This document shows, in pieces, positions 35,902 to 49,203 of a stretch of DNA of 64,000 nt (the stretch's first letter is position 1; each line of letters begins with the position of its first letter). Made by a program: the position numbers and the translations under genes. The stretch is from Chrysemys picta bellii (Eukaryota): positions 197,594,001 through 197,658,000 of the forward strand of contig NC_088793.1 of the NCBI RefSeq assembly GCF_011386835.1, written 5' to 3'. The notes beneath the pieces were generated by a model. The model searched no databases. It was not told the origin of the DNA and saw only the letters and a program-made list of their open reading frames with translations.

Positions 35902-36226
35902 TAAGAGCTGAGCTTCGGGCAGCCCCCTTGCCTCCGGACCCTACGCTGCCGGAGCAGAGCAGCTGGAGCCCGGGAGGGGAAGTGCCCGGCCGGCGGCTGG
36001 GGTCCGGAGGCAAGGGGGCTGCCTGAAGCCAGTAGCGCTCGGGCAACTCGGCTCTTAAACAGAGCCGAAGAGTCAGGGGAGGAGCACAGCAGCCGCGGGA
36101 GGGGAAGTGCCCGACCGGCGGTATTTTCCCGGACATGTTCAGCTTTTTGGCAATTCCCCCCAGACGGGGGTTTGATTACCAAAAAGCCGGACATGTCTGG
36201 GAAAAAACAGACGTATGGTAACCCTA
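35902..36226. mobile_element. One-ended copy of the 28912 hAT family, reversed
   Basis: Ends ..ccggacatgtctgggaaaaaacagacgtatggtaacccta, the reverse complement of the 28912 left end. Confidence 0.8.
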
Positions 36227-37916
36227 CCATTGTCTATAATAGGATTGTAAACTGGATTTTTAAGTTAAGTTTTAGCTGGGATAAGTTTATAAAGTTATTT
36301 CAGCCCAAGCCATGTGAGAAGCACATGCCTCTGTAAATACCACCCCGAGGAATAAGTGAATAGCAAATAACCCAATCAAAACAATTTTTTCTAAATTAAT
36401 AATGAGCTAAGAATTTTATAGCTTCAGTTTTTACATGTATTTTATAATTAGAACGTGATGACTTTTTAAATAACACATGGACATACATATCCAACCAATA
36501 AAAAGAACAATAGATTAAAGGATTCATTTAATGAGTAAAAAACAATGTGGATCCAATGTATGCCCTGCCAGTAGTGCTAGTGTTTTTCCATGATATGCAG
36601 AATGAATGACAATATAAATGAAAGTGCCAGCAAGTAAGTGCAACAGGTGTGCTTAACATTCCTGGGCAGGATGAACAAAGAAGAAAAGGGAAAGACAAAG
36701 AGATTTGACATCTATTAACTGTTTTGGGGTTGTGGTTTTTTGCATTCAGTTGAATAACATGTTAACTACACCATATGTGCACAAGCTCAGTTTAGGAGGA
36801 GTTCATTAACTCTAGAAAAAAACAAAACAAAAGGCGTATCTCTCATTCCAATCCCTGACTCAGAAGGGCACAGGGCCAGATCCTCAGAGGATGCAAATTG
36901 ACATAGCTCCTTTGACTTCAGTGATTCAACAGACTCACTCCGGGTGGAAGAGCCGGACGTTGATTAGTTTGGTGATCTTGCAAGGGAGATGGTTTTGATG
37001 TCATCATTGTCACCGAATGCAGCTGTGATCATTTAAAACCATATTCCAGGCTTTCCAAAGGGTATTCATCTTCATCCTCATTCAGCAGCAGTCTCTGCTA
37101 AGGCTGTGAGAGTAATTACGTTTTTGATTCACTGGGTGAACTGAAAAATGGAAAGAAAAAATGTGTTTGGGTTGTTAAAATTTTTGGGAAACCAAAAACC
37201 AAAAAACCAAAAAACCAAAAATCAAAAAAGTTGTGCATTGAATGAAAATATTTCATTTCATTTTTGACTTTTTTAACTTTTGTCTTTAATTTTCTTTAAT
37301 GACATTGAAGTATACTGGAAACAAAAGGTTATTTAAGCTCAAAAACATTGAAAGTTTTAATGCAGAAAATGTCAAAATGACAACTTTTGATTTTTTTTTC
37401 TGAATTCTTGTTTTTGTTTTTTGGACTGAAACAATTTGGCAATTTAGACCTGAATTCAGGATATGTTTCGATTGATCTGAATCTGCATTTTTCAGCAAAA
37501 CAAATTTTTGTCTGAAATACTGTACCCAGCTCTATTTTCTGCTCATCTTTGATGAGGATCAGCAGCAGGAGTGAACCAGAACCATAGCTCTTACACAGAA
37601 GTGGAGCAATGTCCGAACCAGTTTATCACATCACTTAAGTATCTGAGCCATCCCGCTAAAGTGAATGCTCCAAGTTAGACACATGTTTAAGTACCTTGCT
37701 GAATTCTGTTCTAATAAAGGATAAGGATCTGTGCATCCAGGCTCTGGGATTTTATCTTATGCTAGATAGGAGTTTAAAGGATTTTCCTTCCTTTTCTATA
37801 TATTTTAAATTCCATTTCTCCTGGTCTACATAGAAGCTAAAATAAATGAAACTGCTACTGAAATATTGGAGAGAGGCTTCTTTAGCTGGATATTTTGGAT
37901 AGTGAATCCTGAGTTT

Positions 37917-38211
37917 GGTTATGTCTATACTACAGACCTTATAACGGCACAGTTGTACAGCTGAAGCTCGGTCACTGTAAGGTCTCCTGGGTAGCTGCTC
38001 TATGCTTGCGGCAGAGAGCTCTCCTGCTGGCATAATTAAACTACCCGGAACGAGTGGTGGTAGCTATGTTGGCGGGAGTCGCTCGCCCTCCGACAAAGCA
38101 CTGTCCACACCGGTGCTTTTGTCAGTGAAACGTATGTCGCTCAGGTGGGTGTTTTTTCACATCCCCAACTGACAAAATTTTGCTGGCAAAAGTGCTAGTG
38201 TAGACAAAGCC
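37917..38211. mobile_element. Harbinger-type MITE
   Basis: TIRs ggttatgtctatact / agtgtagacaaagcc. Confidence 0.8.
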
Positions 38212-41200
38212 TTTTACCTCTTTGCTGCATCTGTTTGCAGTTATGGATTTGATGCAGTGGTGGTTTTTTAAAACTGTGAACACTGTTTGGAAGTATTTTT
38301 ATTTTTATTTTTTGTACTGATATGCATCAGGAACTGCTCCTTTTCTGCATAAAGATAAAGATGTTATGTGAAAAAAAAATACAAATAATATGAACATTTT
38401 AAACCTGACCATTACGATTTCATCTGGATTTTTCTATAGATTTTTATGAGTGCTTATGTGTGTCAATCACCATTGGTAGCAATAAAATATGCATGATAAT
38501 CCTCTACTAATCCTTGAGTTGTATCCAGAAGGCTAGAGTAGCACAACTTGCTATTTTATTATCCACTCTACCCTATGTCAAAAGTACACATGCCCTTGAG
38601 AAGTTTACATGGGAAGATTAGAAATCAAATGACCATCCAATTAGCTACATCTCACTTTGGTATGTGAATAATAGATCTAAATGAGCATCTAAAGTACAAC
38701 ATGTTTACTTTAAATATCCTGACTCTGGAAAAGGGACCAGAGAGATCTGTGAGGACTTTTGGGCAACATATAAAGATTTCCCTTCTCTTCCCTCTTGAAT
38801 TCTGCGGTGGGCTTCGGAGGGAAGGGATATAAAATTGTGGAATTTTTAAAAGACTTTTCTTTTGTTTTCTGTTCTCCTTGGCTGCGTTTGTATATTTTAA
38901 TGCCATATAATAGTAACGCACAAGGAGAACCATTCAAAATATTTTTAATCTTTATTAAAAACAGAACTGTCATTTGTTGCCACTGGACCAAAGTTTATAG
39001 AAAACCCATAAAATCCTACCATGGCTGACAGGGCTGTAACCATCACTTTTATTCAGATTTTGAAAGGACTGTAACAAGACTTTAAATTATCTCGGTGAAT
39101 GTAGAATGTTGTATTGTTTTCATATCCCAAACTTGCAAGCACCATCTCTCTGTCTTTCCTGTCTAAGTTTTTATATGATCCTGATCTCTGTAGTATCTGA
39201 ACACCTCCTAGGAATCTAAGAGGAAACAACAATAAATCTCTCTCTCACTCAGCAGATAGGAAAAATACTTTAGTTAGATTATGGATGATTTCCCCATTTA
39301 GGCCATGTTTCTGCAAAGCACTCAAGCATGTGTTTAACCTTCTCTGACTAAACCTGAACATCGCTGCTTAACTGGCCATCAGCGATGTCACATGGTACTA
39401 GCATATGCTATATAAAAACCTCCTAGGATCAACTTATTAAATTTAACAATAGAAAAAAAAGAAGAAGCAGCCAAGCTTAGTGGCAGAAGTTTAGCATCCA
39501 GCTCGCTGGCCACTCTGGAAGAGTTGGAGGCGTGTGCATAAAGGAATGGGAATTCGTAATACAAAAACATTTTTGAATTATGATTTTCCACCCCCACCCC
39601 AAAAAAAGAAAAAAAGGGGGATGCTTTTTGACAAAGACAGAACCATGTTAGCTTTCAGATTCCTTGAACACAAATATTTTGAAGGAGTTCTATAGCCCGT
39701 GACTGTATTACACAGCAGGTCAGCCTAGTTGATCACAATGGTCCCTTCTGGCCTTGGGATCTCTGAAAAATATGGCTGGTTTATTTTGTTTCCAGGACCT
39801 GCAGGCCCACTCGCACCCATCCACCCACTTACGTTTATAGTCTGTGTTGAATGAAGGAATTTTAAGGATTTATATGAGATTTGCTGGGGGGCGGGGGGGA
39901 ATTAGAAGGTATGGGGAACATTAGAATAGAATGGGTCCTTCATTGAGGGATGGGTGGCTAGATTTGATGATTTACTAGTCCTCCCCCCTCCCCCATCTCT
40001 AATGTTTAAGATTTTGCAGAAGTTTGCAGTAATTGGCAGTAAATTCCTGTGTTACTGGAATTCATGGATTTTCTCCACCTATGAATTTCTGTTTCCAACT
40101 CCAGTTTATAAAAGGGATAATATGTTTTACCCCAAATTCTGGCCAAGAGCAAGATCTCAAGCTTCTACACAACAGAAATCAAACCTGCTGATGAGTTTAA
40201 TCCAGACTAATCAAATAGTTCACGTGAATTGCTTGTTGATAGAAGCACAGCTATTGTAATTTGCGATTGATTGATTGATTGATTTTGTATCTAGTAAAAT
40301 GAGCACCAATATTATTATCAGGCCAGTCAAACGAGTCACTGGATTCTGAAGTAAAGTCATGCATGGAAGATTTTAAGAAAGGAGCATTTAAATATGTTTA
40401 CATAGAAATTCACTGTTAGCCATCAAAGAATCAAACAGTAATTTGGTCTGCACTATGTATGCTGAGCTTTCCCATAACTATCTTTGATCTTGAGAGGAGT
40501 CTTGCCTGATCTTGAGAAGTAAATATGTGAAATACAAAAACAAATAAAGAAAACTGTAATCTGTCATCATCCTTTTAAAATCAGATGAAACGTTCTCTTC
40601 AGAATGTGAACATCATAGTACTTTATCTCGTTACAATGGAAATTCTTTTTTTTTTTTGCCTTGTGAAGAACTGGGGAAATTTATCTTGAACAAATACCCT
40701 GCACACAGAGTAAACTGACTGATCACAGTCTATTCACCTAAGAAAAGTATCCAGCAGAAATTACAGCAACGTCACCCTATCTGGAGGGCAGTATATCTTA
40801 GGCCATTCGGAGTATCTATTATTGCCAGTTTTTATCTGTCTCCAAAGGGAAGCGATGTCTGACCCCGAAGGAAGGTCAACAACTTAATTATTGTACTCGA
40901 GACAAAGCTACTTTGTGCACAGGAAATGAAAGCAAAATAGAAGCACTTTGAAAAGAAAGACATTTTCCTCTCTGAAATAAATGAGACTTGCAGAATCCAA
41001 TATTCTTTTCATCCCAAGCAGCATTCTGACTAGATGTTAACTGATGTGCATCCTGCAAACAGGGGAAATCCAGCATCCTTCCTGCCTTTGGAACACAAGA
41101 GTTGTAGAAGGATGAAGCTACTCGGAAGACAGTAACATAAAGGATTTTACACAGGATGGGTTTTTAAGGCTTTTTGCACTCTGTTTATACCCAATTAGAA

Positions 41201-41479
41201 GACCAAATACACTTCCTTTGGAGACCCAGCAACCACAGGGAATATTCTTATAAAAACACACATTCTCTGTACAAGGGCTAGTGGGGAAAGGGAGGGGTGC
41301 AGCACGGAGAGGGTTCAGCTGGTTATTTCTCTCCCCCCTTGTCTTGTTAGAAATTAATAACTAATTATGTGGAATCTGCCATTTAAAAATGAGAAGGGGC
41401 AGGAGCAAAGTCTGTCTTAGCGAATCGAAACGTTTCCTCTCCTGGGTTTGGGATTTTGTTGGGAGGATTCCAGGGGACA

Positions 41480-41800
41480 GCCCTGTGAGACTTGGCCCTG
41501 GGAGAAGGGTGAACCTAGAGAGGTTGTGGGGAGAAGGCTTGGAAAAGAAAAACTATGGTAGGAAGAAGTCCAGGGGGGAAGCAGCAAGGACTATATTAGA
41601 GCTGACCTTGACTGCTGGGTATTGTAACCAAGTATAGGGGGATGGGGGTGGGCCTGGGTTTCCCCTACCAGTCACTAGGGAAGTTGGCATGAGGCCCCTG
41701 AGATGTGGCTAAGGATGACTGAGAGCCCTGAGTGAAGGGATGTAAAGACTGCAGTGCCCAGAGTTGCATGCTGAAGAATCCAATGTAAGGATTTGACAGG
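41480..41800. mobile_element. Probable LTR fragment
   Basis: gggcctgggtttcccctaccagtcactagggaagt resembles turtle LTR sequences as I recall them. No termini identified. Confidence 0.4.
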
Positions 41801-42004
41801 TATTTGTTGGCTTTTGTGAATCTCATTCTAAGGTGCCTGTCTCTCCCTGTTCATTGTCTAGGCACCTCCCTTAGGCTTTGTGAATGCCAATGCCTTTTCA
41901 AGGCCCCTAAAAGTTAGGTGTGACAATGCTCAGCCTTACCATGCCCAAGTTCCTTTGTGAATCTAGCCGTAGGAGTCTCGGTAACTTTTAGGGTGCACTG
42001 AATG

Positions 42005-42119
42005 TAGGGTGACCAGATGTTCCGATTTTATAGGGACAGTCCTGATATTTGGGGCTTTATCTTATATAGGTGCCTATTACCCTGGCCTGATTTTTCACAC
42101 TTGCTGTCTGGTCACCCTA
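42005..42119. mobile_element. hAT MITE
   Basis: TIRs tagggtgaccaga / tctggtcacccta. Perfect 8-bp TSD ACTGAATG. Confidence 0.93.
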
Positions 42120-42504
42120 ACTGAATGAGGCAGGGGCCCCATGGAAAAACAAATATGTGGCATTGTAATTGAAGACCGTATCATAATGCATATGCACAAG
42201 GCGGGGGAATTAAGGTTGCAAGGACAACTTTAATTGAGCCATTCCTAACTTTTGAGTGCTTGATTTTGCAACCTTAGAATTCTTTTAATGTAGTGTTTGG
42301 TATGTAATAAAAAATATACAACAGGGATCATTCTATTTTGCATGGTTTAAGTCCAGAAACTCTTCTTTTACCATTTAGCCAGTGCACCTTTTAAAGCATT
42401 TGGAACTGCTTTTAGATTTTTCTTGCTTTGTTTCTTCAGTAGTTACAAGATACTGAGCTGCTCTAAAACTGGAATCCCCACCCCCTTTTTTTTTTTTTAA
42501 GAAT

Positions 42505-42562
42505 TGGAAAGGACCTCAGGAGGTCATCTAGTCCAACCCCCTGCTCAGAGCAGGACCAATCC
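42505..42562 (-). mobile_element. CR1 3' end fragment
   Basis: ttggaaaggacctcaggaggtcatctagtccaacccc..ctgctcagagcaggacca, near-identical to 7725-7790. Confidence 0.8.
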
Positions 42563-42899
42563 TTTAAAGGAACTACTTTAAGGTCATTGATTGTGATAAC
42601 TAGTAACGTTCACAATAAAATGATCACTGCTGGGGTGAAATAATGCACATCAGAGGGAAAGGACTGAACTGAGCTTCAAAATCAAAAGCGGATGCTTTCT
42701 ACCTTTTTCTAGGTATGGGGAATTATGGACAGATTGTGTTGACCATGTGGACTTTAATCCCAGCCTACAGAGTGGCTGGGAATGAAACAGCCTGACTACT
42801 TACATTAATCTGACATATTACATAGATTCAGACCAAACAAATAGATTTAAACTATGGAGGGTTGGATTTTAATTTGTCTACATGTGTGTATTTACAAAG

Positions 42900-43450
42900 A
42901 GCATCGCATACATAGAAGCCAAAGTTTTTGCAGTCACTACTTTCCAGGATCCAGTCCCCCATCTACGTTCTTTGTTCCCAGATGTATGGTCTTGCATTTG
43001 GCTGTATAAACACGTTATTCAATAGAGCCCAGTTTACCAAATGATACAGATTGCTGACCTGCCTTATTCATTGTTTACCACTCCCCCAATCTTTGTCAGC
43101 TGCAAATTTCCTAGCAATGATTTTATATTTTCTTTCACATCGTTGATAAGATATTGCATACCGTTGAGCGAAGAACAGATCCCATTAGAAACACCCCTAG
43201 CGGATAGTGACTCCCCATTTACAATTACTTTCTGAGATCCAGTTTTTAATTCACTAAATATGAGCTACCTTGACTTTGTAGAGTGCTAATTTTTTAATCA
43301 GAATGTCATTCGGTGCTAAGTCGGACAGAAGTCTGTTATTATATCAGCACAATTCCCTTTATCTACTAAACTTGCAATCTCATGAAAAAATGTCAAATGT
43401 ATTTGACAACATGTTTTCCATGAACTGTGCTGAGTGGCATTAATTTTGGT
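42900..43450 (-). mobile_element. CR1 RT fragment
   Basis: Minus strand gives KFAADKDWGSG/FA.DTKIGGVVN-like RT motif, plus aaatgcaagaccatacatctgggaacaaagaa (KCK.IHLG.KN). Confidence 0.75.
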
Positions 43451-45551
43451 GCCATCTGTTGTTTACTGAGTGAATCCATATCAGCCTATAGTTACCTTTT
43501 TTCCAGGCCTCTGGAAAGTTTCCAGTATGCTCTGAATTAAGGGGCTCAGAAAAGATTGTGCTGATATAAAGTTGAGAGAGCTCTGTAGGCTACAGAAGAG
43601 AGAATTGCCTCAGATGCTTGGAAACAGCTGCAGGTTTCAACTCAGTCTGTATAGAATTGGATTGCTTCAGTTCTTGGGGGTTAGCTATGCTACATAGTCC
43701 TTTCTGGCTTTGGTTTACTTGTGTTCAGCTCCGTGAGTGTCACCTCAATTTTTTGAGGTCCACACGAGCCCAAAATCTCAAAGCAAAATTCACTCAGAGT
43801 TTTATCTACTCATGGATCAAAACCATGTGAAACTATTAAGCTCTGTCTGGTTCCCACCTGTAACTATAAATTATCCTTGGTTCAGTCTAAATGTGGCCCC
43901 AGTTTGCATGCATCAGCACAACTGGCCTGAGTTGCAGGTTTTTAATAGGCAAAACAGGTAAGCGTCATCTGGCTTCAGTATGAAACTTTTGCACTGCTCT
44001 AACTTCAATCATTTTCATGGTTACAGAGGCCGCACCGCAGAAGTTAAAGATGGAGAAGACTCTTATTTTTCAGCCCGTCTCCACCCCTGCAAAATTGTTC
44101 TTGATGGTGCATTTTCAAGTGTTTCGCCCAGTCTAGTTTTAAAAGTCCCTAGTGATGTGGCCTCCACCCTTATCCTTGGGAGAGTATTTTAATTTCTCTA
44201 CTGCACTAAATAATTCATCTCCCTCCCTGGTGTTTTCACCTTTCAAGACTATTATCCTATCCCCTCTGAATCATAACTTATTTAGTGAATCATAGCTTCT
44301 TCCCTAGACTTTACGGTAGCCTGCTTACATCTTGACTCAATGCTGGCAGAGCTCCCGCATTTAGTGTATAGCAGGAGGGGTGGCATGTAGGGACAAGGAG
44401 GCACCTTCTTGCAGTAGCACGAGCAAAAGTTGGCTGGCTCCCTGGCTGTGTCCGCTGGGGGAAAATAACTTTCTGCTTAAGGCTTAGATCTGAAGAGGGG
44501 AAAAAGACAGCCATCCTCACACAGTAAGCACCCCTCTGGAAAGCGAATGTCAAAACTGGCCGCCGTGGGGTAAAACATCATTTCTGGTTCCTAAGGTTGG
44601 ACTTGACTCGGTGCCTAGTCCCACAATTCCTGGTGCTTCTAAGCCAACACTGAGTCCCCCTCTCTAGAACCACCAGTTATCAGGGATTGGAATGTATACG
44701 TATGCTGGAGTGGCTGCCTTGGTGTGAGCGGGAATGAAGGAGCATGGAGGAGGGGAAGAGTATAGGTCAGAAGGAAGAAGTCAGGGAGCATAAGATGATG
44801 AGAAAACAACACAGGAAAAGGAAGAAGGGACATAAAGAGTGATGGAAGGAGAGAGAAGGAAGGATGGAGTAACAAACACTGATTGTGAGGGAAGAAAAAG
44901 AGACCAGTTTCTACATCGGCGAAGGCATGAAAGAGTAGAGAAATTAGAAAAGCATAACAAAACCAAGGAAGACACTGTAAATTACATTAAAATTTATTAC
45001 ATTGAAAGTTGTCAAGATGTTACTACTAAGCATGAAGACTCTCTGATTGGATTCCTTGGTTTATAAAGAATAACTGTTTTGTCCCCTTTGGAATACATCA
45101 GATTGCCCTAAATGGCAGGCATTTAACGTTTGTTTTGTTTGGTGTCTCACAACCCACAGGGATTCTTTCAGTTCTGTCCAGTTCTTAAATATTTTGTCAC
45201 CAGCTCAGAAGATACTAACTGGTTTGGTTGGATCAGCCGACAGATTTTGTCAATGGATTTACTGAAATCAGAATCTTGCATTTAGCTCTGTCCCCATAAG
45301 CAGTAAGAGACCACACCATTTCTGTGCATCTGGATGCTATTTTAGGGCTTGTCTACACAGGTACACTCAGGAAAATTAATGTGAATTAACTGAAGGTGTG
45401 AATTGAATTAAAAGTGGATTAATTACACTGCATTTAAACCCATGTTTGGACACGCACATTCAGAATTAAAGAGGCCTTAATTTGGTTTAGTTTAATTCAC
45501 TTTGGACATAATTTACTTTGGAAGTGAATTAAACTAAACCAAATTAGAGCC

Positions 45552-45724
45552 TGTAGAAGGTCCAGACTCACCCCTGCGGCGCCTCCTGCTGGTCATCCAG
45601 GGAATTAGCTCACCAGCCTCTGGAGCAGCCTCTGCAGGCCGGTGATCCACCTTATCCTCTGCACTGGCCCCCGTGTCCCTCCCAGGACCCCGGTGCCACT
45701 TGCCCTGGGTGCTGCCCCCTGGCA

Positions 45725-45760
<36 letters not shown>

Positions 45761-46262
45761 CAGGTCTCCCCTCCCAGGGGAACCCCTACCCACTAATCCC
45801 ATCTCACCTCAGGATAAGGCCACTGCCAATCACCAGCTAGCCCCCACTCTCTGGGGCAGACTGCAGTATAGGCCACTCATCACTGGCAAGGAGGGTTTGG
45901 ACCTGCTGCCTTGGCCTAGCCCTGGGCTGCCCTCTGCAACCCCCAGTATCCCTTGGCCTCCTACCAGGCCACAGCCTGGGGCTATCCAGGCTGGAGCTCC
46001 TCAGCTTTTCCCCAGCCCTGCTCCACTCAGGTACCCTGTCTAGCTCCCTGCAGCCAGGCCCTTCTCTCTCTGAAGGCAAAGAGAGACTATCTGCTGAGCT
46101 CCTGGCTCCTAGCCTCTTATACAGGCCAGCTGGGGCCTGATTGGGGCGTGGCCCAGCTGTGGCTACTTCCCCAATCAGCCCAGTAGCTTTTCCCTTTGCC
46201 CCAGCCCTCTGCCAGGGCTGTTTTAAACCCCTCTGCAGGAGCAGGGTAACCACCCTGCTACA
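45552..46262. mobile_element. Solo LTR (about 710 bp)
   Basis: TG...CA ends with short inverted termini (tgtagaagg / ccctgctaca). 5-bp TSD GAGCC/GAGCT. Internal (AC)n. Confidence 0.8.
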
Positions 46263-46295
46263 GAGCTACATTAATTTTGAATGAGAATGTCCATA

Positions 46296-47710
46296 CTTGT
46301 TTTTAACCCTTTCCATGCCAATGTTGGTGCACAAGGCAGAAAGCATTCTCTTCCATTCCTCTTTGTCATTTGCTGTTGCTTCCATTTGCTCTCTGGTGTT
46401 GAGATCGACTATTCTGCCCTCCCTGCTATGAGTTCTTCTTAAAGTTTCTCTTAAGCACCCTTGTTTGCTCACACCAGTTGGTTTCCACTTGACAAGTCTG
46501 TGTGTTGGCATCTGGAGTACAGATACATCCAGGGCTTCCTTCTGATTCTGGTGGAAACAAGCTGCTGGTTGGTGATTTCTCAGATCTCTTCACTGGTGAT
46601 GAAGGCTTCCCAACAAATCTTTTGTAGGTGCTCATTTTCAAAGCTCTCACAGAAGTACGGCAGTACCATGATTACACTTGAATTGAAAGTTCTCCGTTTT
46701 GGTCTGGTGTGGAATATCTTTGATTTCCATCCGTTGTTGAGTTTAGTAAATGCTGTGGATATCTTTCCTATCCTTGATGTCACTTCCTTCTCAAGGTCTC
46801 AGCTGGCTAATATGGTGCTGCTCAGGTAGGTGAACTATTCCACTTTCTTGAGACTTTTGCCTTCTAATGTGATGTTACTGGGTAAAGTACTCCACTATCC
46901 TAACAAAACTGACAGAGCTATTCAATGAAGTTTGGGGAAAAGTGACCTCTCCTGACCAGTGGAAACATGGAATCATTGTCAAAATACCCAGAAAGGGTGA
47001 TCTTACTGACTGTAACAACTGGGGCAGAGTTACACTACTCTTTGCTGTAGGAAAAGACTTCTGCAGTGTGATACGACACAGGATGAAAGGGGCAGTGGAT
47101 GTAAAGCATAGAGAAGAATCGTCTGGATTCAGGCCCAACAAATGCTGGCTAGATCAGATATTCACATTAAGGACCATCATAGAAGAATGGTGATAGGTAT
47201 GATGGGGCACTACAGAAGTCCTGGCTATCCACTGCAGCTAAAGGAGCCTCCAGTTGTAACAGCCTTTGTGCCACTGGGCCAAGCTTCAGCAGCCAAGAGA
47301 ATGGGATTGTCCCAGTGCAACGACTCTCCCATTTTAATCAACTTCACACACACGTTATGCATGCACATCTCTCTCTTCATGCACAGAAGAATTTATAGAA
47401 TAGCAAGTTTGCATCTTCATCAATGTGACTGATTGTTTTTGAAAGACATTCGACAGTGCACACAGACAGACAGATGTAGAATATTCTTCAGTCCTACAGA
47501 ATCCCAGCTAAAGTTGTCAACATCATTAAAGCCATCTTCAGAGATGCAAAGTGCTCTAAAAGGATGATCAACCAGACATCAGAGTGGTTCAGCGTGGACA
47601 CTGGCATGAAACTGGACTGCATTTTAACTCCTCCGTTGTTTGGCATTGCCATAGACTGGATATTGAAGAAGTCTATTAGCAAAACAAAACAGGTATAGAG
47701 TAGGTAAATG
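46296..47710. mobile_element. RTE-clade LINE fragment with internal inversion
   Basis: Plus 46891-47710 reads ..WKHGIIVKIPRKGDLTDCNNW..GFRP..DQIFTLRTIIEE..FDSAH..GCILTPPLF.IAIDW-like. Minus 46890-46296 reads KKVE*FTYLSS..DLEKEVTSRIGK. Confidence 0.8.
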
Positions 47711-47821
47711 GGAAGTGCACATCAGGGTTTAATACAGTTTAACTAATCCACTTTAAATTCACACTTTAGGTAATTTGGATTAATTTTCCTCAATGTCCCC
47801 ATGTAGACAAGTTCTTACTCA

Positions 47822-48087
47822 GGCCTGGTCTACACTTAAAACTTAGGTCGATGTATCTACAAGGCTCAGAGATGTAAAATATCCTCACCCTGAGTGCTGA
47901 AGCTACTGATCTAAGGGCTGGTGTAGCTGTAGCTAGGTCAATGGAAGAAGGCTTCTGTTGGCCTAGCTACCATCATTTGGGAGGTGGAGTTCCTACAATG
48001 CTGGAAAAACCCCTTTTGTTGTTATAGTCTATGTCTATACTATGGGGTTATGGGGCTATGCTGCTGTACCATAGTGTCAACATAGCT
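47822..48087. mobile_element. Harbinger-type MITE
   Basis: ggcctggtctacactt start, degenerate right TIR. Similar to 58521-58756. Confidence 0.65.
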
Positions 48088-49069
48088 TATAAGTAGTTTC
48101 TAGGAATTACTTCCTACTTACCTCATTGAGATTATGTGGCTCTGAGATTTGTAGTTGTAGAATGAATGGGTGTGGGGAGATGGGAAGGGAATGTTAGAAG
48201 AAGATCATGTGAATTGCTCTAACATTTTTCATAGAGGAGATCATAACATTAACATGAGTCAGACAAAATATTTTGTTTTTACTTGACAAAGTGGTGGAAC
48301 AACTTAAAATTATGGGCCTAATTTCATGCACTTGACAACTTTTGAAATACTTAGATTTCCATGGTTTTCTTTAAACCCAAGTTTATGGCTGGAAAAAGTG
48401 AAATTTTCCCTTGAGGCAAGAACAAAATTTTGCTTCATCAGAGGCTTTTTGGATAGTTACAAACTACTGAAAGCTGGGGGTTAGAACAGAAACTGGTACA
48501 CAACCATATAACTAGAGTGGTTATTGACAAGCCTGCGATAATAAGCAGCAAACTGTATATTAGGTCTGGGGTAAAATTACAAAAGCACATAAATGATTTA
48601 GAAGCCTATAGCCCATTTCCAAAAGTGACTTAGGTATGTAGGCCCAGATCCACAAATGTTTTTTGCGTGCTATTGTAATTCAGAAGACTCTTGCTTGGCT
48701 GCCACTTGAACACATAGGTGCCTAAACTCTCTTATCGCTTGAGTTTTTGCAGTAAAAGTTCCCTAGGTACTATGTTCCTGCCGCTGGGCTTGTACACTAC
48801 TGTCTCCCTCTAGGCATCTGGACACCTATCTCCTACCTGAATCCCTAAGTGCAATCCAGGAACTGAGGGAAGATAGGCAGAGGAGCGCCTATCTTGTGTG
48901 TGGGGCCTGATCGGATGGGTGTGCTCAGAGCCATCTAATTCCATACAAAACAGCCTGGGGTGGGTGGGTTGGGGGTGGGGGAAAGGAGGAGTTGAACATC
49001 CCTTATAATCTGTAGCCTACCAGGAGCTGGAAAAACACTTGTTCAGGTTCCCACCCCCACAACCTGCGT

Positions 49070-49135
49070 CATGAGAAGGGATATGAACAGGGCTCTGCCA
49101 CTTCTGCGGTGAGTGCCCTAACCAATGGGCTATAG
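49070..49135 (-). mobile_element. Degenerate tRNA-derived SINE head
   Basis: Minus strand ctatagcccattggttagggcactcacc..gccctgttcatatccc carries A- and B-box-like motifs. Confidence 0.45.
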
Positions 49136-49203
49136 ATTCTTTCTCTGTCCCAATTAATATTTAATTTATGCTGGCTTTGTAGATCCCATTCTAAGGCAAC
49201 TAC

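Larger units (their letters stand above)
45345..47814. mobile_element. Harbinger-type MITE split by later insertions
   Basis: TIRs gggcttgtctaca (45345) / tgtagacaagttc (47814) with TTA on both sides. The pieces align in order to the uninterrupted relative at 58211-58450. Confidence 0.75.
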
